Source of the DNA: Ruminococcus flavefaciens
GTDB taxonomy: Bacteria; Bacillota; Clostridia; Oscillospirales; Ruminococcaceae
Direction: 5' to 3'
Length of the DNA: 40,982 bases
Assembly: GCA_902796065.1 (NCBI GenBank)
Contig: CADBNS010000059.1
Location: 1-40,982 of the forward strand
Under the pieces are notes generated by a model. That model worked only from the letters and a program-made list of their open reading frames with translations. It had not been told where the DNA came from and made no database searches. Shown piece by piece: positions 35,656-40,982 of this stretch. Made by a program: the position numbers and the translations under genes. The stretch's first letter is position 1; every line of letters begins with the position of its first letter.

Positions 35656-37638
35656 TCAGTTTTTAAGTGCATCTGAGCGGTTGCTGTCGATAGCTGAGAT
35701 AAGCATTTTCGTTGCATCTTCAACGGTTATATTGTCAAGCTGAACAGCAGCCATAGTCTGATGGCCGCCGCCGCCCAGAGTTTCCATGATAACCTGAACA
35801 TTCAGCGCACCCATTGAACGGGCGGAGATATTCACAGCGTTATTGAAGCTGTAGACGACGAAAGAGGCGTCCACATCGGTTATATTGAGCAGCTCATCAG
35901 CAGCCTGCGGAGCAACGAGTCGCATATCGTCGGCCTTAAAATCGGCGGTAGCGATAGCGCAGCGGTTATGTATCTTGGCAGACGAAACGATCTGAGCCTT
36001 GCGTTTGTAAGAATCGATGGAGTTGGAGAACAGCAGCTTGACAGCCACGGTATCAGCTCCCAGTTTTTTCAGATAAGCCGCAGCCTCAAAGGTACGCACA
36101 CCGGTCCTCATGACGAAGTTCTTGGTATCCAGCATGATACCGGAGAGGAGAGCATCGGCGTGATAGCTTGGGTATCTTGTATCCTGACTGAAATTGAAGT
36201 ACTGAATGAGTTCAGTGACCATTTCGGAGGCAGAAGAAGCGTAAGGCTCGTGGTAGAAAATGACCGCATTATCGATGAAATTGACAGTTTTACGGTGGTG
36301 ATCCACAACAACGACGGACTGAGCGCGGTCGTAGAGAGCGCGGCTTTCGAGGAAGTCCTTATTGTGGGTATCAGTAATGATAAGGAGGTCTCTGCTGCCG
36401 ATCATACCCACAGCCTCATCAGGAGTAATGAAGAGGGAATCGCTGGTCCGTTCCTCGATAATATCGATGAGGTGAGAAGCCAGATTGTGTGTACGGTCAA
36501 CAGCGATATAAGCGTCCTTGCCCAGCATTTCCACAGCACCGGCGAGACCGCAGCAGGCGCCGACAGAGTCCAGATCGCCGAAGCGGTGGCCCATAAGGAA
36601 CACTCTGTCGCAGTTGGCAATGAGGTCCTGAAGGGCATTGGCGATGATACGGGTCTTAGCTCTGGACATTTTCTCAACACCCTTGGATACGCCGCCGAAG
36701 AAGCGGTAGCCGTTATCGGTCTTGACAACAGCCTGATCTCCGCCGCGTCCGAGGGCCATATCAAGGCACTGACGGGCGATCTTCTCGCTTTCCGCGAGGG
36801 TAGCGGCACCCTGACCTACACCGATGGAGAAGGTAAGTGGGTACTTGCCTGCGATCTTGATATTGCGGGCGGAGTCGAGTATCTTGAACTTATCCTCAAT
36901 TTTCTCTTCGAGGTGGCGGTTTTCCATGACCGCGTAGAAGGTATTAGAGGAAGTTTTCTTAATGAAGCCGTTAGTAGAGCTCATGAACAGTTCGATAAGC
37001 TGCTCAGTCTCAACAGAGGCGAGAGCTTTTTCACTTTCCTTTGCATTCTGCATGATCTCATCGTAGTTATCGATAGTGATGATGACCACATTGGGGTGTG
37101 AATCATCGGAAGCCTTTTTGAGGCTGTAATACGCGGTCTCGTCCTGAAAGAGGATAATGAGGAACGAAATATCGTTCTGTTCAAAGCGTTCAGCGTGGAC
37201 CTTATACACAGTGCCCTTGATATGGCAGTAGCATTCGCCCTCCTGTTCGAGGGAATCCAGGTCGATCTTAACGTAGTCACTGAACACAAGACCATACAGG
37301 TCGTCACCGCGGCTGATATTTTCGGCGAACATCTGGTTATACCAGACGAACTGCCGGTGGTTATCGATAACAGCGATAGGTGCAGGCAATGAGTTCATAT
37401 ACTCTGCGGCTGAGTTTTCCAGATGTGCGTTCATTTTGGAGATATGGCGGATAGTGCTCCTTGTAGATAGGATAAGGAGTGCAGCCATTGCGATGAGCAG
37501 AATAGCCGTACACACCATACCAATAACGCCGAGGCAGTTATTGTAGTGATAGAGCATCACAGAGGAAAACGCAGAGGTCAACAGCAGTGCAGACATAAAG
37601 CCGATGAACACTGCCGGAAACTTCTTTTTCAATTCCAA
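35656..37638 (-). CDS. gdpP: c-di-AMP phosphodiesterase GdpP (TM-PAS-degenerate GGDEF-DHH/DHHA1)
   Basis: [36 protein letters not shown] and GGGGH; conserved position upstream of rplI-dnaB. Confidence 0.93.
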   Translation of the reverse strand: MELKKKFPAVFIGFMSALLLTSAFSSVMLYHYNNCLGVIGMVCTAILLIAMAALLILSTRSTIRHISKMNAHLENSAAEYMNSLPAPIAVIDNHRQFVWYNQMFAENISRGDDLYGLVFSDYVKIDLDSLEQEGECYCHIKGTVYKVHAERFEQNDISFLIILFQDETAYYSLKKASDDSHPNVVIITIDNYDEIMQNAKESEKALASVETEQLIELFMSSTNGFIKKTSSNTFYAVMENRHLEEKIEDKFKILDSARNIKIAGKYPLTFSIGVGQGAATLAESEKIARQCLDMALGRGGDQAVVKTDNGYRFFGGVSKGVEKMSRAKTRIIANALQDLIANCDRVFLMGHRFGDLDSVGACCGLAGAVEMLGKDAYIAVDRTHNLASHLIDIIEERTSDSLFITPDEAVGMIGSRDLLIITDTHNKDFLESRALYDRAQSVVVVDHHRKTVNFIDNAVIFYHEPYASSASEMVTELIQYFNFSQDTRYPSYHADALLSGIMLDTKNFVMRTGVRTFEAAAYLKKLGADTVAVKLLFSNSIDSYKRKAQIVSSAKIHNRCAIATADFKADDMRLVAPQAADELLNITDVDASFVVYSFNNAVNISARSMGALNVQVIMETLGGGGHQTMAAVQLDNITVEDATKMLISAIDSNRSDALKN

Positions 37639-37660
37639 AGCTCCTTTCAGAAACTCTTTA

Positions 37661-39559
37661 TCATGTTTCCATAATTATGGGGAGTATCATAGGACTGCGC
37701 TTTGTTTTCTGGTAGATGTAGTCTGAAAGTGCGTCGCGCAGCTTTCCTTTGAGAGTATTCCACTCCTTCAGCTCAGCGTAGGAGCAGCCTGCGAGGGTAT
37801 CGGTCAGGAGGGTCTTAGCCTCCTCCATGAGCTCCTCGGACTCCCTGACGTAGACGAAGCCGCGGGAGATGATGTCCGGACCGGCAACGATCTCATTGGT
37901 AGCTTTTTCGATGCCGATAACGATGATTATGAGGCCGTCCTCAGCGAGGTGCTTACGGTCGCGGAGAACGATAGATCCGACATCACCGACGCCCAGACCG
38001 TCAACGAGAACGCGGCCGGAGGGCACCTGAGAAACGATTTTCATGGTATTACCGTCAGTCTCAACGACATTGCCTATCTCACCGATGATGATATTTTCCT
38101 TGGGAATACCCATCTGGAGAGCAAGATCAGCGTGTTTTTTGAGGTGCTTGTACTCACCGTGAACAGGCATGAAGAACTTCGGACGGGTCATAGCCAGCAT
38201 GAGTTTGAGCTCCTCCTGACAAGCGTGACCGGAAACGTGTACTTCGTACATAGCCTCATAAACGACCTCTGCGCCGGATTTCATCAGCTCATTGACCACG
38301 CGGGTAACGAACTTCTCATTGCCTGGGATAGGTGTAGCGGAGATGATAATGAAGTCCATGGGGGTGATATTGACCTTCTTGTGGTCATTCATCGCCATAC
38401 GTGTCAGAGCGGACATAGGCTCTCCCTGACTTCCGGTAGTAATGAGGACGATGCGTTCATTTTCGTATCGGTTCATGAGTTCGATGTCGATGATAACACC
38501 GTCGGGAACATCGAGGTAGCCAAGTTCGATGGCGGTATTCACGACATTGACCATACTTCTTCCGAAGATAGCGACCTTTCTGCCGTAGCGTACAGCGCAG
38601 TTGATTATCTGCTGGACGCGGTGGATATTGGAGGAGAAGGTAGCGATAATGATACGCTTTCCCTCGCCCTTTTTGAAGAGGCGGTCGAAGGACTCGCCGA
38701 CAGTACGTTCGGAGTGGGTATAACCCGGACGCTCAGCGTTGGTGGAGTCAGCCATAAGAGCCAGAACGCCCTTGCTGCCCAGCTCACCGAAGCGTGCCAG
38801 ATCTATTATTTTGCCGTCGATGGGAGTGTAGTCCACCTTGAAGTCGCCGGTGTGAACGATGATACCGGCAGGGGTATGGATAGCCATACCTACAGAATCG
38901 GGGATAGAGTGGTTGACCTTGATGAATTCGACAGCCATACAGCCCATTTTGACGGTCTTTTTAGGCTCAACGATATTGAGGTTGACCTTTCCAAGCATAC
39001 CCTGTTCCTTGAGCTTGCCCTCGATGAGGCCTATAGTAAGGCGGGTAGCATAAACGGGGACATTGACCTTTTTGAGGAGGTAGGCAAGTCCGCCGATATG
39101 GTCCTCATGGCCGTGGGTGATGACGATACCGCGTATCTTGTCGGCATTGCGCTCAACGTAGGTAAAATCCGGGATAACGATGTCAACACCGGGCATATCG
39201 GCATCAGGGAAAGCCAGACCGCAGTCGAGAATGAACATATCGTTGGAGCATTCAAACACGGTCATATTCTTACCGATCTCATTGAGACCGCCGAGGGGAA
39301 TGATCCTCACGGGAGTTCTTTTTATCTCCTTAGGCTGCTTAGCGCGTGATGAGCGTGACTTAGCAGCAGGCTTGGCAGCAGTTGCCGGAGCAGCGGGAGG
39401 ATTAGCAGCCTTAGCAGCTGCATTGGCAGATTTCCTGGGAGAAGAGGTAGTTTCCTCGGTTTTCTTTTTATAGTACCTCTTTTTTGGTGCAGGCGCAGCG
39501 GTTGCGTTAGAAGCGGCAGGCTTGCGGCCTCTTTTGTTTGTTGGATCCTTAGCGTTCAC
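37661..39559 (-). CDS. rnj: Ribonuclease J with ~80-aa Lys/Ala/Pro-rich N-terminal extension
   Basis: IPLGGLNEIGKNM, THGHEDHIGG, HTGDFK, TGSQGEP, HVSGHA and PVHGE; GTG start with GAGG RBS. Confidence 0.96.
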   Translation of the reverse strand: MNAKDPTNKRGRKPAASNATAAPAPKKRYYKKKTEETTSSPRKSANAAAKAANPPAAPATAAKPAAKSRSSRAKQPKEIKRTPVRIIPLGGLNEIGKNMTVFECSNDMFILDCGLAFPDADMPGVDIVIPDFTYVERNADKIRGIVITHGHEDHIGGLAYLLKKVNVPVYATRLTIGLIEGKLKEQGMLGKVNLNIVEPKKTVKMGCMAVEFIKVNHSIPDSVGMAIHTPAGIIVHTGDFKVDYTPIDGKIIDLARFGELGSKGVLALMADSTNAERPGYTHSERTVGESFDRLFKKGEGKRIIIATFSSNIHRVQQIINCAVRYGRKVAIFGRSMVNVVNTAIELGYLDVPDGVIIDIELMNRYENERIVLITTGSQGEPMSALTRMAMNDHKKVNITPMDFIIISATPIPGNEKFVTRVVNELMKSGAEVVYEAMYEVHVSGHACQEELKLMLAMTRPKFFMPVHGEYKHLKKHADLALQMGIPKENIIIGEIGNVVETDGNTMKIVSQVPSGRVLVDGLGVGDVGSIVLRDRKHLAEDGLIIIVIGIEKATNEIVAGPDIISRGFVYVRESEELMEEAKTLLTDTLAGCSYAELKEWNTLKGKLRDALSDYIYQKTKRSPMILPIIMET

Positions 39560-39918
39560 TATAAAACCTCACTTTCAGAGAATAAAGCACGGGAGCGCAG
39601 AACGAACATCGTCCCTGCTTTGGGTAAGTAGTTAAACAGCAGCGGAAAGGCATATCAATGATCATCTCAGACTCCGATTCCTGAAAAAGGGTATAAGAAT
39701 AACACTGCAGCAGCCCGACCATAAAAAACGTACCTGTAAAATAACAGAGCGGTGAGGCTGAATAATGCAGCAAGGCATGATATTTTCCGTAGCCGATCGA
39801 CGGTCAGTGCATACAGCACAGCCGTACCATATATATCTTAATGGCGTAGCCGCCAATAAAGCCGAAAAACGTTTTCCGCAGGAAAATGTGCCTGCGGACA
39901 CAACTATACACAATATAT

Positions 39919-39947
39919 ATTATACAAAATGTGTAAGGATTTGTCAA
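39919..39947 (-). promoter_or_regulatory. Consensus sigma-A promoter of the rnj operon (implies a ~350-nt leader)
   Basis: Minus strand TTGACA-17 bp-TATAAT. Confidence 0.8.
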
Positions 39948-40048
39948 TACTAAAAAAACTCAGCGTGCAGAATTGTTATAATTCAACAAAAAGTTTTTAT
40001 ACCCTGTGATTATTATTACGAATCATCTCCGTAAGTCTTACATCCGGA

Positions 40049-40982
40049 TTATTGACCGGATAAGCGGAGATATACACACTGCACTCTGAATCTCAGACGG
40101 AAAAGAGCGATGAGGTTTGGCACAGCCATAAGACCGTTGAGTATGTCAGAGACAGTCCACACATCGCCGGCAGTTATCACAGCACCCAGAGACACGGTAA
40201 CAGCGAAGCAGAGACAGAAAGCAGACTGCAGCTGACCACCTGACAGGAAGGAGAAAGCCTCCAGACCGCAGTAATACCAGCCGATGAGGGTGCAGAAGGC
40301 ATAAACTGACAGTTCCGCGGACATGAACAGGGAGCTTCGGCTGTGCAGCACTGAGCTGAACATGCTGCCAATCTCCTGACCGGAGCACAGAAGAGTCAGG
40401 GCAGTGAGAGTGCAGCATATCATAGTATCGAAGAAAACCTCCGCCATGCTCCAGAGGGCAAGGGTACGGGAGTCTCCGCCACCGGAGTGGAGGATAGGTG
40501 AGCTGCCCAGACCTGCCTCATTTGAGAAAACACCGCGCCTTACGCCTACAGAGGCGGCTCTTGCCACAGCTGCACCGCAGATCCCGCCGGAAACCTGACG
40601 GATACCGAATGCACCGCGGAATACAGCGCTGAACGCATCGGGGATACGACTGCGGAACATAACCAGTACGGTGATACAGCCGGCGAAATAAAGCAGCGTC
40701 ACCACAGGCAGCAGCAGGGAAGCTGCATTTCCGATACGGCGGGCACCTCCGGAGATGACAGCATACACGATGACAAATGCGGCAGCGCCAATGATACGCC
40801 TGTCAGCACAGTATGGAAGGCAGTCCGTCACAGCGTTTATCTGCACCATACCGCCCATGCCAAGAGATGCTCCCACACAGCACACGGCAAAGAATGTCCC
40901 AAGTGCCGGAGAACCTGCACCTCTGCTGATGTAAGCCATAGGACCGCGCACCTCACTGTCGGAGTACATTCCGGACAGCACG
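40049..40982 (-). CDS. Alanine/glycine:cation symporter (AGCS/AlsT family), 5'-truncated by the window edge
   Basis: GPMAYI, GVRRGVFSNEAGLGSSPILH, EVFFDTMICCTLT and LNGLMAVPNLIAL. Confidence 0.88.
   Translation of the reverse strand, partial: VLSGMYSDSEVRGPMAYISRGAGSPALGTFFAVCCVGASLGMGGMVQINAVTDCLPYCADRRIIGAAAFVIVYAVISGGARRIGNAASLLLPVVTLLYFAGCITVLVMFRSRIPDAFSAVFRGAFGIRQVSGGICGAAVARAASVGVRRGVFSNEAGLGSSPILHSGGGDSRTLALWSMAEVFFDTMICCTLTALTLLCSGQEIGSMFSSVLHSRSSLFMSAELSVYAFCTLIGWYYCGLEAFSFLSGGQLQSAFCLCFAVTVSLGAVITAGDVWTVSDILNGLMAVPNLIALFRLRFRVQCVYLRLSGQ

Noticed and set aside
31415-39349. Long plus-strand ORFs antisense to ftsH, gdpP and rnj (also those opposite the ligase, SGNH and tyrS genes)
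   Set aside because: Shadow frames arising from the codon bias of well-supported genes on the other strand; no motifs or RBS.
39903-39930. ACTATACACAA-TATATA-TTATACAAAAT resembling a Firmicute dif site
   Set aside because: Several mismatches in both arms, including the conserved TTATGT, and it coincides with the AT-rich -10 box of the rnj promoter.

Overview
This 41 kb window looks like chromosomal DNA from a cellulosome-producing Ruminococcus (R. flavefaciens-like, Oscillospiraceae). That call is inferred from three genes with C-terminal dockerins, near-consensus sigma-A promoters and a T-box. Left part: the 3' end of asnA, a palindrome-rich intergenic patch, and a minus-strand MATE-nudC-serine hydrolase operon. 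Next comes an unusual operon with a ~450-nt structured leader, an AMP-forming acyl/aryl ligase and a secreted SGNH/GDSL hydrolase-dockerin with a large helical insert. It is followed by an 85-bp palindromic MITE/REP-like element, tRNA-Thr(GGT), and a Tyr T-box leading through a small membrane-protein ORF into tyrS. Middle: an ECF sigma/anti-sigma pair, a ThrE exporter, a 2098-aa BspA-LRR/Ig/dockerin surface protein, a frameshifted GGDEF-EAL gene, a SulP transporter, and a CotH kinase-dockerin with a Q/N/P/G/W-rich repeat insert. Right: an FkbM methyltransferase, a PH-domain protein and the core block rnj-gdpP-rplI-dnaB-tilS-ftsH (no hpt), preceded by a ~350-nt leader, then a partial AGCS amino acid symporter. 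I saw no CRISPR array, transposase, integrase or prophage. The best candidate for an undescribed system is the leader plus ligase plus SGNH-dockerin unit (4733-8974). All calls were made by eye from motifs; no searches were run.
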